Of a stretch of 64,000 nucleotides of DNA, positions 24,741 to 37,470 are shown one piece after another. The stretch is from Octopus vulgaris. Lineage: Eukaryota. The notes below the pieces were generated by a model, which was not told the DNA's origin, made no database searches, and was given only the letters and a program-made list of their open reading frames with translations. The first letter of the stretch is position 1. Every line of letters starts with the position of its first letter. The stretch spans positions 88,784,001 to 88,848,000 of the forward strand of contig OX597816.1 of assembly GCA_951406725.2 (NCBI GenBank). Direction: 5' to 3'. Made by a program: the position numbers and the translations under genes.

Positions 24741-26956
24741 AAGGATTTAGAAGAATAACTAGTTCCAGATATAAAGACTTACGTTATTTTCATTTTTCTG
24801 GCTGTCTACGCGCTGAGTTAAAATACGGCTTAAGTTACATTCGCTTTCCATAATATATATACTAACAATACAAGATTGTCTCTGTCGGAATTCTTTAAGC
24901 TCCAGATGAGATTCCATTGCTTTATCTGTTCGGCTCTCCTACGATGACACTGATACCAATCTGTATAAGCCGTTGTCGTTTCACTGGGCAAAATCAGTAA
25001 TGTGATGTGAAGGATGTGAAAGACATTCATGTTCCTGAGTAAATTCAGATTTATTCATTAAAGACGTTGCCCAAATTTACATCTTGAAGGCGATAATAAT
25101 GATAATAATAACAAATAACCACAGCGAATTTAACTAGATTTTGTGAAACCCTAAATCAGCCCTGATTCAACTATGGCCGAAATGTAAATAGCATTCAAAT
25201 CCCACCCAAAATATTTTTTTAAAATAAACTGTATGATTTGAGCAAAATGTCATTGTTATTTCTAGTTGTTTAAGCGATCATATAGAGGTTTTAAACTGCG
25301 GCTTCACGATTTAAGTCTAGTTAAATAATGTGTTATTACATTAAAAACTGGATTATTTCATTGATATATTGACCTTTATACCGTTATTGCCTGCCATTAT
25401 TAAGATGTTTTTCGATAGTATATAGGTAGAGATGTGTTTTAAAGTTTTTCATACTTGTTGTTGTTTATAACATACTTAAAAATTTTCATCACGTTCAAAT
25501 GCGGGAGAAGATTATTCAACGAATATTTTTGTGTTGTCTGGATAACGATTTATTCTTGAACGGATTATCTATTCGCACCCGTGTCTAGCATGCTGAAAAT
25601 TTGAACGACAAAAGTATGTACAAAGTCAATTACCACGATGATATTTGTAAATCTGTGGACTGCTTAATTATTTGTTTATATATTTATTCTTTCTCTTCTA
25701 TTTAATTGTTCTCTCATTCATTGTTGGAAACAAATATATGATCGCGTCCACATACGACTAACTTTTACATTTCTCTACTTAATAATATTCGAATATTCTG
25801 GAGTGTCTGGGGAGAGTCATTCTCTTTTGGTGCCTTATAATTTAACAAACTTACCGGTAAAATTTCCATATATTTCTTTTTTATTTCTCTAAAATTTTCG
25901 TTGCGTCTTGCAACCTTTTCAATAGTTGAAAAGGTTGTAAGACGCAACCATTAAAATCTTAATAAGGTTGTGCAGAAATTTATAGTCCCAGATATCGCGA
26001 TCATATGTTGTGTTCCAATGTTTATTGTTAGTATAGTCACGATTAGGAGGAAGAAAACTAATATGACGAAGCACGATTTATGTCTTTTCATTTTCAGTTT
26101 ATACTTAGTAGTAAATGATATAGTTGATAGAAAAATGAGCCGATAGTAAATGATATACTTGTTAGTAAATGACATGATATTCTTTAAAATTCAGACAAAT
26201 TTCTTCATCGTTAATTTTTTTAATTTTTTCCGACTTGGATGTTCTTTTCTCTCAAGATGTTTCCTTTCTATAATTGTATCGAAGTATGGTCAGGAGTTTT
26301 AATTTGTTTGAGAATAATTTTTCTACTGTACGTCAATTATGCTACGAAAAATAGAGTATTTTGGTTGTATTTAAAATGTTCATCATGGAATGAAATACGT
26401 CTCTCCGTAAACTTTTTGAGTATACCTAACACAAAATAGTAGTCGCTTAGTTATTTGCCTCTTTTCTGATTACTTCTTGTGGGATATAAAATCTACTGAT
26501 TTGTGTTGTAGTATACATGGATGATTTACAAATTGCTTCAGTGTTCATGGTACAGTGTTGAATACCGTTGTAATTTTCCACCTGAGAGCTAAATGACGTT
26601 AAAAATTTCATAGCTTAATTATGAGATCAATTCTTCTATCCAGTGTTCTGTGGAAGGGAGCCCCTTAACTGTTCACTGTGAGCAGCAACAACATAACAAC
26701 AATATGAAAATGAGAAATTGAAAAGAAGCAATTGAACAATGTATTAGTAAAGATGGAGTAAATACTGCTGGTAGGCATGATGCTGACGATGAAGGTGATG
26801 ATGATCGATGTTGATGACAATGAAAGTGATGGCGATTATAATGATGATGATGAAGAGCGGGTTAATACGAATTACAAAAGCAGAGGAAAAGTAAACGAAG
26901 GATTAGAATAACAAAAACATCTCGATAAGTACATAAAATTGATCATTTAGATTAAT

Positions 26957-27200
26957 TTTACTGAAAAGTGTCAAACGTATTGATAATACAGCAATTTAAG
27001 CAGTTCGTTTGGGCCTCTCTTTCACATAGTTTATGATTGCATGCGTATCTTAAGAAGGCCTGAGGCTTATTGTGAAATTAATATGCCTCTAGCAAATTTA
27101 AGACAAACTTAAATTCTTGATTTGATTAGGTTTCTAATAATGAATTTTCTCTCTGCCTACTCATTATCATAATTATTGTAGAAGCAGATAAATAGATGGC
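26957..27200 (+). repeat. Non-coding ~240-bp segment, copy 1 (paralog at 33714-33950)
   Basis: Shared blocks AAACGTATTGA, AGCAATTTAAGCAGTT, TGAGGnTTATTGTGAAATTAAnATGCCT, AATTTAAGACAA and TTGATTAGnTTTCTAATAATGAATTTTCT. Confidence 0.8.
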
Positions 27201-27869
27201 AAAACGTTCTAATGTCATTAGTAACATATAAACAAGCAACAAAGTACAAACTAGAAGCTAATTTCACAGTGAAAAAGACTTTAGATTAGAACAAAGGAAC
27301 GTATGAACATAGAAATTAAAATCCCAAAAACAATTTTTTTAAATTACCAAATGGAGAATGGAGACAATATCTCTGCATAATAAGTATCCTATAATTGTGT
27401 ACAGATTCGCTGTGCGCTTATTTGAAAACAAAGAATGATAATACTGACAGTTAATATGAATTTAACATTATTGGAAGGACCATTTAGTCAAAGAAAGTTT
27501 GCTCCAGTAGTTGAATACCTTTTACTTTAGAAAGAATTGCACTATAAAATACTGACAGATGCTTGAGGATTCAGTAGGCTAGTGATAAGAGTTTAATAAT
27601 ACTAATGATTTCCATGTTTTGAACAAAATTATAAATATGGCAGAAGACTGAAGTAGTTTAATCGCAGGTCAGCCTTCATCGTGTAGATTTGTGATCATAA
27701 CCACTCCAGTCACAAAATGTCTTATTTCCAGACTGTAGTATATCTACTGCTACCTTATCTTATGTATTTTAATTTATGAATGGTTGGTTGTGAGTTTATT
27801 TTTAATTAATTGCTATTTCAAGCTGGTAGATTGACCATGTTAAATATTGCTCATTGGTTCTGGCCTATG

Positions 27870-29608
27870 TTATCGGTCTGAGCAGCAGCCATCTATGCTG
27901 GATCTGGTATTCTCCCGCTATCCAAGATCAGTGTCTGGCGTATCTGTGTGCGCCATTCTTGCCAAGAGTGATCATGCGGTCCTGAAGTTCGTCATGCACA
28001 CAACTTTTTCTACGCCCATGACTACTTCGCTGCCACGTAGAGTCTTCTCTGCAATTAATCTTGAAATTCTAAGCGAGGCTTCCGCGCTTCTGGACTGGCG
28101 ATCCCTGATGACGTTGTCCTCAGTTTACGAACTATGGTCGTCCCTCAAAGCATATGTAATCTGGTTGACTGACCAAGCAGTTCCCGTTGGGCTTCCCAAG
28201 AAGAAGAAACACAAGCCCTGGGTGACGAAGAAGGTTAAACGAGAACTTTGACTCAGAGATATTGCTTGGGCTGAATTCAAAAATCTGGATTCGACTGCAG
28301 CTTTTGAGGTGTACAAAACTCAACGAGACCGAGCCGTGAAAATTGAAAAGGAAGAACGCTTCAGATATGAATACAGAATCGCGGCAAACGCCAGTAGCAA
28401 TCCAAAAACCTTCTTTGCCCATGTCCAACGGAATTCCCGCTTGAACAACCAAATTGCAACGTTGGTAGAATCAACAGGCGTATCGATTGAGGGCCCTTAT
28501 CAACAGAGTCAATTGTTTGCCGAGGCTTTTTCAACTATTTTCAAACAATATGATGGTCGTGAACCCCTTCCATTTGATAGATCGGTACCTCCAATGCTTC
28601 GATTGATCATCACGCGGGACAAAGTCGAACGCGTTATTTAAGCAGTGGCGTGCCTCAAGGTTCAGTGCTTGGGCCCTTATTGTTCTTAGTCTTCATAAAT
28701 GACTTGCCCGACAACCTCACGCAACACACCCTTCTATTTGCCGACGATGTCAAACTGGTCGCTCCTCGCGGTGATATACAGGATCTTCGTCGATGCCTCC
28801 ACCAAATTTGGAGATGGTTTAACGAATGTCTGAATGTGTCAAAGTGCTGTCATCTGCCTGTTGGCTCTCCTCCTGCAACTCAACTTGATTTCGAGCCGGG
28901 TCGTCTGCTGCTGGAGAGGACCGATCAGGTAAAGGACCTGGGTTTCTTGGTGGATTCCTCATTTTCGCCTTCGACCCAGTGCGTCCATGCTGCCAACAAA
29001 GCACGCGGAGTTCTGTTCTTGATTCGACGGTCATTCGGAATGCTTACAGCAGCCATATTCCTACCGCTCTATGTCACGCACGTGAGACCCATATTGGAGT
29101 ACGGGATTCAAGCCTCTTCTCCTTATCTCTTCAAAGACATACAGCATCTCGAAAGAGTCCAGAAGCTGGCTACCCGCATGGTTCTTGGTCTCAAGAATTT
29201 GTCTTATGAAGAAATGCTCGACCTTTATTCTCTAGAAAAACGACGACGCCGTGGTGATCTCATTCATGCTCACAACATCATAAGCGGAAAGTGTAATCTC
29301 TCGAAGAAGCTGTTCTTCACTCCTGCTCCAAAGCGTCGGCTGCGGGGTCATTCCGAAAAGCTCTATCTGCGACGATTTCATCTTAATCGAAGGAGAGGGG
29401 CTTTCTCCGTCCGGGTTGCGGATCCGTGGAATAAGCTGCCGGACGAGATGGTGAAGATGCCGACGACCGCTCGGTTCAAAGTCTCCCTTGACCACAAGTG
29501 GCCTGAACTCTTTACATGAACACCACCCTGTACATAACTCCATGTCCCCCTACATGGCCTTGCTTTTTTGCTTTTTGAGCCAAAAATTAACTAACTAACT
29601 AACTAACT
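27870..29608 (+). mobile_element. CR1-clade LINE, 5'-truncated and internally deleted, with (TAAC)n tail
   Basis: APE C-terminus LDLVF..SDHAVLKF; NPKTFFAHV; jump at ~28640 to GVPQGSVLGPLLFLVFINDL, LFADD, RPILEY, LERVQKLATR; 3' (TAAC)5 tail; possible TSD ttatcg(g/a)tct at 27870 and 29608. Confidence 0.92.
28650..29519 (+). pseudogene. LINE ORF2 C-terminal half (RT domains 4-7 and thumb)
   Basis: 289-aa open frame with PQGSVLGP and FADD; lacks RT domains 0-3. Confidence 0.85.
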
Positions 29609-29744
29609 TATCGATCTTGGATTGCCAGAAGTCGAACACAATTTGAACTTGTAAAATCTAGAAACGTCAATGAAGCCTCCAAAAGATTTCGACAGAGTCT
29701 TAAGAGTTTCAATAACACAAAAATCTGAAACAACATTAATAAGT

Positions 29745-29930
29745 GTTTCAAATTTTGGTACAATGCCAGTAATCTTAGGGAAGGGCGTTAGTCGATTGCG
29801 TTGATTTCAGTGCTTAACTGACAATTATTTTATCAATCGTACAAGAATGAAAGGTAAAGTCGACCTCAGTGGCATTCGAACTAAGAATGTAAAAACAGAC
29901 GAAATGGCGCTAAACTTTTTGTCAGACGTA
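29745..29930 (-). mobile_element. SINE family A (diverged)
   Basis: gaatgaaaggtaaagtcgacctcagtggcattcgaactaagaatgt. Confidence 0.75.
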
Positions 29931-30049
29931 TTAATATATATATATTTATTTTTTTTTTGGTGACCATAATGACTGAAAAATATTAAGAACAATACACAGT
30001 AAAAGGATAGTGAGGATTAAAAAAAGAAAAATGTGTAAAAGCTATAAAA

Positions 30050-31180
30050 CAATACCAATAAAATTATTCTGACAAATTCCTCTACATGGGGCTGTGAATA
30101 TCACCAACGGCCGACAAAGGGACCACCCCAGATCTCGAGCCATCCTACTCAACAGGAAGACGAAAGCATCTGTTTTTAGTCCCTTCCGTTTCGTCCAACA
30201 TACCTCTTTTGCCATAGTCACAGAAAGAGATAAACAACCTACAAAAAGGGACCAAAAAGGCGGAGGCACGACCTTCACGATGGAGTCAGTGGATAGTCGG
30301 ATCAGTTCTACACGTGACAGCAGCTGTAGCAATGATCGAGCGTACAGAATGTAAGAGTGAGTACAGGTCGGTTTCATTATTCTGTGTGCATTTCGGGGAG
30401 AACTATCATGCCTGCAAAGTTTATTCCGAGTCGGCAATTACCCCGGTTGCCCTACTCGGTTAGCGATTTTAGGAAATTATGCAAGATCCCCGGCCCTAAA
30501 GTCCTTCGGAACAAACCAGCCAGTTGACTATACCCGAGGACGTCGTAGTTTTCATCTCCCGCTAATCATTAATAGAACGCCATGGTGGAGCATCCACGCA
30601 TCACATTGCTCGAGCAGCAGAAGGCTGTGATCACATTATGACCCTCAAGGTTCTGAATCAATCTACGCTCTGAATCAATTTCTGCTTGATCCATGACTGC
30701 AGCTCTGTAAAAGAGACGAGTGGCTGAAAAACGCGCCTGACAAACGGTAGCCAAACTCTGTACAGCGTCAAGGAAACGCTGGAAATGTAGTCTCAGCGCA
30801 TATATGGGTATCATCAATAACATTCCTAGTCGCCCACGCAACGGATGCTGAGAGCAAATAGGCCTCCTTAGCAGCAGGATGTATCCTCACCACACAAACA
30901 CAAAAAAAAAACAGAAAATGGAAACAAGTCATGAAAGAGGGAAGACATGATTTGACGGTAGCAAATGGTGGACGCGATACAAGCATCCGCTACCTATGCC
31001 CGACCATCCATAGTTTCCTCCCTCCCATGTCTCATTTAGCCTACTCCGCTTATCGTCGTCATCTCTTTCCACTTCTTGTCTATTTGGGAGCCTGAACCAA
31101 GCCAAACCCGAGCAATTAACCCGTTTCGTTCACGCAATTTCCAGCGCTGCTGTTGGACGGTATGAACTTGCTTCTCTAGG
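30050..31180 (-). mobile_element. GC-richer island, possibly a decayed LINE 5' region (ORF1/ORF2 start)
   Basis: Composition shift; minus-strand SYILYARSLL weakly resembles the APE start 'Y.NARSL'; no firm motif. Confidence 0.3.
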
Positions 31181-31293
31181 CGTTAAGTGCCTGTTGTTGC
31201 AACTTCAACCGCTGCTGCTTCCTTCGTTGTTCTTCCTGCCGGTAGAGACCCTGCTGCTGTTGTTGTTGTTGCTGCTGTTGTTGCTGCTCCTGT

Positions 31294-31324
<31 letters not shown>

Positions 31325-31784
31325 CCTGTCGTTACTTCGGCTATTATTGTTATTGATGTTACTGCTTCTGTTGTTTGATGCTGTAACCGTTGAACTTTGA
31401 ACTACGATCGAAAACGTTGTCTCTTCCTTCCTGCAAGCCGAATGCTGTTTTTAGTAACATGGCTGCACCTACTTATGTTAATTTTGTTCATGTTTTTGTT
31501 GTTCTCGAGTTCCTGTTCACTAACGAAATTGTTAGTGGTATAAGATTCACTGCTACTTACTTACTCGTTGTAACATTTTGATGTTGTTAACGACGCTATA
31601 AATTCAAGCTAAGCATTAGAAGAAAGCTAATCAAACTTTACACAATTTGTGTCATTCAAGGCACAGTTTGGTGGTTCTCCCACTTTAGTAGTGCATTGGA
31701 AGGGGCGAATTGTTTCAGGCCTTGTGACTTTAGTAGAAAGGAGAATCATCATTATTATTATTGCTGTTGTTGTTGTTGTTGTTG

Positions 31785-32337
31785 AGTAAGAAAGCAGAGC
31801 ATGCAATCAAAGGGAAACTGGGGTAAAATATACAAATTATACTCATCCTGATTACCTGTCTGATGGGAGTACGCCAGGCACATGCATCAAAATCATATGT
31901 GCGCGACATGATAATCTCTGATCTATATAAACAGCGCATGACCTTGCAGGTGGGGCCCAGTCAGAATTTTCTCTGGGTCGAGTAACCAATCCCACTCAAA
32001 TGGTCCTTGAATAAAGGTTGCTTAAGGATGTTGAATGAACTCCCATGTTTCCAGAGGTGAATTATCCAAATTCCAAAGAATTCCTCTTATCACATAGCTA
32101 TGATAGCCATCCCACCACTACTTTTGCTCATGATCAGAAATGCACATATCGTCAGCCACTAAGGGACATGCTAAATTGGTTAAAGTCAAACAACTGACAA
32201 GCAAATATGTGGCATTGAGCAGAATATTTGCTGTAGTCCATCATTTATACCAAGACAAAACAATGTACATGATAACACTTCCAATCAGTTAAAAGGAGAC
32301 GCCATGAGAGCCACTGCCTGGTACTGCATCAGGGCAT
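31785..32337. mobile_element. Interspersed-repeat-like non-coding insert between (GTT/ATT)n tracts
   Basis: Sharp-edged, higher-GC block bounded by AAT/AAC microsatellites; family not assignable from sequence alone. Confidence 0.4.
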
Positions 32338-32382
32338 CAATTATTATAATTATAATTATAATTTTAATTATTATTATTATTA

Positions 32383-32429
<47 letters not shown>

Positions 32430-32431
<2 letters not shown>

Positions 32432-32636
32432 GTCGGTGAACTGGCAGAATCGTTAGCTCACTGGACGAACTGCTTAGCGGTATTTCGGCCGTAGGTATGT
32501 TCTGAGTCCAAATTCCGCCGAGGCCGATTTTCCCTTTCTTTCTTTCAGGGCCAATAAATTAAGTACCACTGGAGTTAATGTAATCGACTAGTCCCCTCCC
32601 CTAAAATTTCAGGCCTTGTGCCTGCTATATAAAGGA
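32430..32636 (+). mobile_element. SINE family A
   Basis: ggtgaactggcagaatcgttagc..ttctgagtccaaattccgccgagg..ataaattaagtacc. Confidence 0.85.
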
Positions 32637-32959
32637 TTCTTCTTGTGGTTGTTGTTGCTGCTGTATAAGGCCAAAAAATTTTGTGGGAAATTACATCGAC
32701 GTCAGTGCCCAGTTATTAATTATTTTATTATTACATCCCTTTTTCACATCTCCTCTAGAGATACTCAGTAATTATATAAGAAACATATTCAATGTGTAAA
32801 ATAGAAAAGACAAGAGGAAATGTTATGGTGGCCAATTACTGTTGTCTGAATATTATAACAAACAATACAAAGATGCCCAGGATGGAAAAAGATCAACTCA
32901 GTAATTAGTGTCAATGAAACGATAGCTCTCATTCGATAACGGCAGCAAAATACAGCAGT

Positions 32960-33352
32960 TGCTAGCTGAATGGTTGACACGCGAGGTGAAATGCTTAGCA
33001 TTAGTATTTCGTCTGCCGCTACGTTCTGAGTTCAAATTCCGCCAAGGTCAACTTTGCCTTTCATCCTTTCGGAGTCGATTAAATAAGTACCAGTTATGCA
33101 CTGGGGTCGATATAATCGACTTAATCCGTGTGTCTGTACTTGTTTGTCCTCTCTGTGTTTAGCCCCTTGTGGGTAGTAAAGAAATAGGTATTTCGTCTGT
33201 CGTTACTTTCTGAGTTCAAATTCCGCCGAGGTCGACTTTGCCTTTCATCCTTTCGGGATCGATAAATTAAGTGCCAGTTGTATACTGGGTTCGATCTAAT
33301 CGACTGTCCCCCACTCATCCAAAATTTCGGGCCTTGTGCCTTGAGTAGAAAA
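32960..33352 (+). mobile_element. Tandem/dimeric SINE family A
   Basis: Two successive gagttcaaattccgcc.aggtc.actttgcctttcatcctttcgg cores at about 33028 and 33212. Confidence 0.88.
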
Positions 33353-33575
33353 GAATAAATAATGATATTGTTAAGGTAAGAGTAGATGATGAAATTAGTC
33401 AAGGGACCCAAGTATCTATATAAACATTTGTTTTCTAGAACTTCATTTTCGACCTCAGAAATGCTGTGCTACTACTTCCGTTTTCACGTTTAAAATTTGT
33501 GGGACTTTCAATATGGTTGTTGTTATTATTTTATACAAGAAGATGACGACGACAACGACGGCGACAACAACAACA

Positions 33576-33621
<46 letters not shown>

Positions 33622-33713
33622 GAAGGAGGAGGAGGAGGAGGAGGAGGAGGATGCTCATGATCACGATGAAGTAGCTTCTAAATAATTGTACGAACTGTAT
33701 CCTTTAGTTGAAG

Positions 33714-33950
33714 TTTACTGATCACTGGCAAACGTATTGAAATGAAAGCAATTTAAGCAGTTTTCCCTTCGACCGAATAGTTAATGATTACTTGCATATC
33801 TTAATATGTCTGAGGTTTATTGTGAAATTAAAATGCCTTGAGCTAATTTAAGACAATCATAACGCTGACTCGTATTGATTAGCTTTCTAATAATGAATTT
33901 TCTGCCCGCCAACAAACTCATTACAGAAGCAAGAGATAAGTAGGTTGGTA
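33714..33950 (+). repeat. Non-coding ~240-bp segment, copy 2 (paralog of 26957-27200)
   Basis: Same conserved blocks in the same order; both copies follow a (GAT)n/GAG-rich tract. Confidence 0.8.
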
Positions 33951-34380
33951 TGCAAAGTCTTCTACTACAGTTAACATTCGTGCGTGACTATTTAATTGAA
34001 GGCGAGAGAGATAGGACTGCGTTTTAGAGTTTTTATTTTAATAGGCGAAAATAATCCTCTCTGCATTGTGTAAACACAGAGATATTTATACTATTTTTGC
34101 AATGCATCTAACCATTTAATTACTCGTTGCATTTTAAAGCAGAAAATTACACTTGATGTTTATAGCAAGTAACCTAACAGATATAAAAGATTGCTAAATA
34201 GATTGTTCTGCATAAAAACTCATGAGCTCATGTATGTATGTGTCTAGCAACGTGCTCAGTTTACATATCTAGGAATGCATCAATATACATCCATAAATAC
34301 GTACTTACACAATCACACACTTATACACACAAACACACAGACAAACACACGCATACACACACACGCATATATATACATAT

Positions 34381-34436
<56 letters not shown>

Positions 34437-35197
34437 AAAAATATATATATATTTGGGTGTATCCGCATATGTTTGTAGCTGTCTTGTTCGATCTCACTGA
34501 GTACTAGCTTAGATTAGTACCCTCTACTATAGAGATGTACTTACATCCACAAACTGACGTGCACAACCACATACATGTATACATACAAACCTACAGATAT
34601 ACATATATGTGTGTGTCTGTGTGTGTGTGTGTTTGTACATACGTACATACATGTGTGCATGTGTGTTTATATGTTTTGTATGTCGATGATTATATGTACA
34701 TAGAGACGTAAAGTAACAACAAGCGAACTCAATTAGTAGTAAAGCTACCATTTAAAAGAGACAGCTGTAAACCAGGAAATTACAACAATTTGGCACGTCG
34801 GAAGTGATAATTAGTATATTTATTAATGCTTCTAGCTAAATTACAGCATTAAGATTTCGGTTTATAATTGTAAAGGCTTCCATTACTGATTGAACTTTAT
34901 ATTATCGTAAGATAAATAACGTTCTATCGGTTTTATATAGCTGTCTTTTTCCAAGTTTATTCTCTACGCAGCTGCACTTTATGAGTGATTTCCAAATCTG
35001 TGAATGATGTCCATATCAACTCGGATTTAGATTAACTTTCTACAAATTTGTCTTTATGTGGTTCTCCACAGTTGATTCCAGTGAAACTGATAACCCAGAA
35101 CTGCATCGTTTCAATTGGTGGGCTCTGCATAGATACTCTTTTCGGATTTTTCTAAAGAATTAGAGCGTAGTGCAGCGTATACATTCATCTATCTATA

Positions 35198-36492
35198 TTA
35201 GGTTATCAGGAAAGTTCTTGCGGTTTTTAATCGTTAAATTCAGATGCACATATCTCGGCTCAAACAAAACTTTATTAATCTAAATAAACACCATCAGAAT
35301 CAACACACTTCTGCCAACGCGAATCAAGTTTATTTACGCCAGTAGCGTAAAACTCCTGTGTTCTAATGGCGATGAAGTCGTTGAAGGCGTGTTTGACATA
35401 GTCTTGGCTTTTTAAGCATTCCTCATGCAATAAGTTGTCGAGATGCTTGAAAAAGTGGTAGTCGGTAGGCGAGAGGTCTGGTGAGCATGGCGGATGAAGC
35501 AGAGTTTTATAGCCTAATTCGTTCAACTTCTGCAGGGTCAGTTGTGCGACGTGCGGCCGAGCGTTATTGTGAAGAATTGGTCTTTTTCTATTGACCAATG
35601 CTGGTTGTTGTTGTCGGAGTTTCTTATGTATTTCAACCATTTGCTGACAGTACTTCTCCGCCGTAATTGCTTCGCCTCGATCCAAAAAGCTGTGATGGAT
35701 GAGACCGGCCGCAGACCATCAAACAGTTACCATAGCCTTCTTTTGGTGCAACTTTGGCATCGGGAAGTGCCGTGAGGCTTCGTCGGCGTCCGACCACTGA
35801 GCTGAGCGTCGCTGGTTGTCGTAAGGAATCCACTTTTCAGCGCAAGTCACAATCGGGTTGGGAAACGAGTCGTTATTGTTGCGTAACAATAAGGGAAGAC
35901 GACACTTCAAAACGACGTTATTATTTATTTTTTGGGGGGGGTTGTCGTTGAATTCGTGCGGCACCCATTTCTCAAGTATTTTTTTTTCCAATCTCTTTCA
36001 AATGGTTGGAAATTGTCGTGAACGTTACGTCTAATACTGAAGCAAGCTCTCGAACAGTTATACGTGGATTTGCTACGACTAAATCTCTTAGTTGATCGTT
36101 GTCAACATCAGATGGCCGACCACTATGCTTATCATCTTCAAGTCTCACGTCACCGCTACGAAAATTCTTCAACCACTATTGTGCTGTACGTTCATTAGTG
36201 GTTCCTGGGCCAAACACACCATTGATATCGCGAGCTGCTTCAGCAGCTTTTAGGCTAGCTTGAACTGGAATAAGAAAATTGTGCGAATTTGCTTTTTGTC
36301 CATGTTGTATTCAACGTTCCGGGAAAAGTGGTCCAATGATTCAAAAAGAAAATGAGTAACACGATTAGATAGAGCGAAAAACGGGCTTTAAAATGATATA
36401 TAAAGTCAAAGTTATTTAACGAGAATTAATTTGAAAATACATAAGTTAAAACCAAAATTTAAAATTCCGCAAGGACTTTCTTGACAACCTAA
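35198..36492 (-). mobile_element. Full-length mariner (Hsmar1/cecropia-like), TA TSD, decayed
   Basis: TIRs TTAGGTTATCAGGAAAGTTCTTGCGG and (reverse complement) TTAGGTTGTCAAGAAAGTCCTTGCGG, each flanked by TA; ~1.3 kb. Confidence 0.95.
35275..36303 (-). pseudogene. mariner transposase pseudogene
   Basis: MDKKQIRTIFLFQF.., SGRPSDVDNDQL, KWVPHE, HNNARPH, SPDLSPTDYHFF, RWQKCVDSDG; frameshifts and stops. Confidence 0.92.
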
Positions 36493-36581
36493 TAGAAGAC
36501 TACATCCGACATGTATTAGCATAAACTTCGAAAAACCAAACAGAAATCAATAACATGTAAATATATAAGTGTGTGTACATA

Positions 36582-36652
<71 letters not shown>

Positions 36653-36819
36653 GTTTAAAATAATGATCATTACATATTTTTCCTTCATTGCAGCAAAAAA
36701 GGTCTTACAGCTGTTTCCAGTGGTCACTATAGGTACATTACTGATAGGTTTACTCAATTAGTTTATTAATCATTTGAGTAAAATTCAACGACCTAAAAAA
36801 ATAATTAATGCTTCTTTCA

Positions 36820-36975
36820 TCATCTGCTGGCATGCTGGAGCAGCGCCTGGAACAAATCGACCCCAGGATTTATTTCTTAAACCTGGTACTTATAGTACTT
36901 TATTTGTTTGCCGAACCGCTAAGTTAAGTGGACGGCAGCATAAAAACACCGATTGACAAGCGGTGATAGGGCACA
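36820..36975 (-). mobile_element. SINE family B 3' fragment
   Basis: catgctggagcagcgcc..cgaccccaggatttatt..cctggtacttat..gccgaaccgctaagtta. Confidence 0.75.
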
Positions 36976-37061
36976 AAGGCACACATACACACACTCTCTC
37001 TCACACACACACAAACAAACAAACACATATATACATATATAGATAGATACACACACACATA

Positions 37062-37231
<170 letters not shown>

Positions 37232-37296
37232 TAACAACAACAACAACATCGAAAAATATCTTAGGAATGAGAACCCAGGTTCGAAATTTCACTAAG

Positions 37297-37341
37297 ACAC
37301 CTGATGAAAGCTGGGGAGGTGTATCAGCCTAAACGTTGTGT
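37297..37341 (+). ncRNA. Type I hammerhead motif, decayed (G12 mutated), in a short Penelope-type pLTR at about 37245-37398
   Basis: ACAC CTGATGA aa GCTG..CAGC c TAAA CG TT GTGT: canonical core and stems, but GAAA reads TAAA. Confidence 0.7.
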
Positions 37342-37405
37342 TAACAAACAAGATGAGGACATATATCCGTCAATTGTAAATAATGTAAATAATATGTATA
37401 TATAT

Positions 37406-37470
<65 letters not shown>

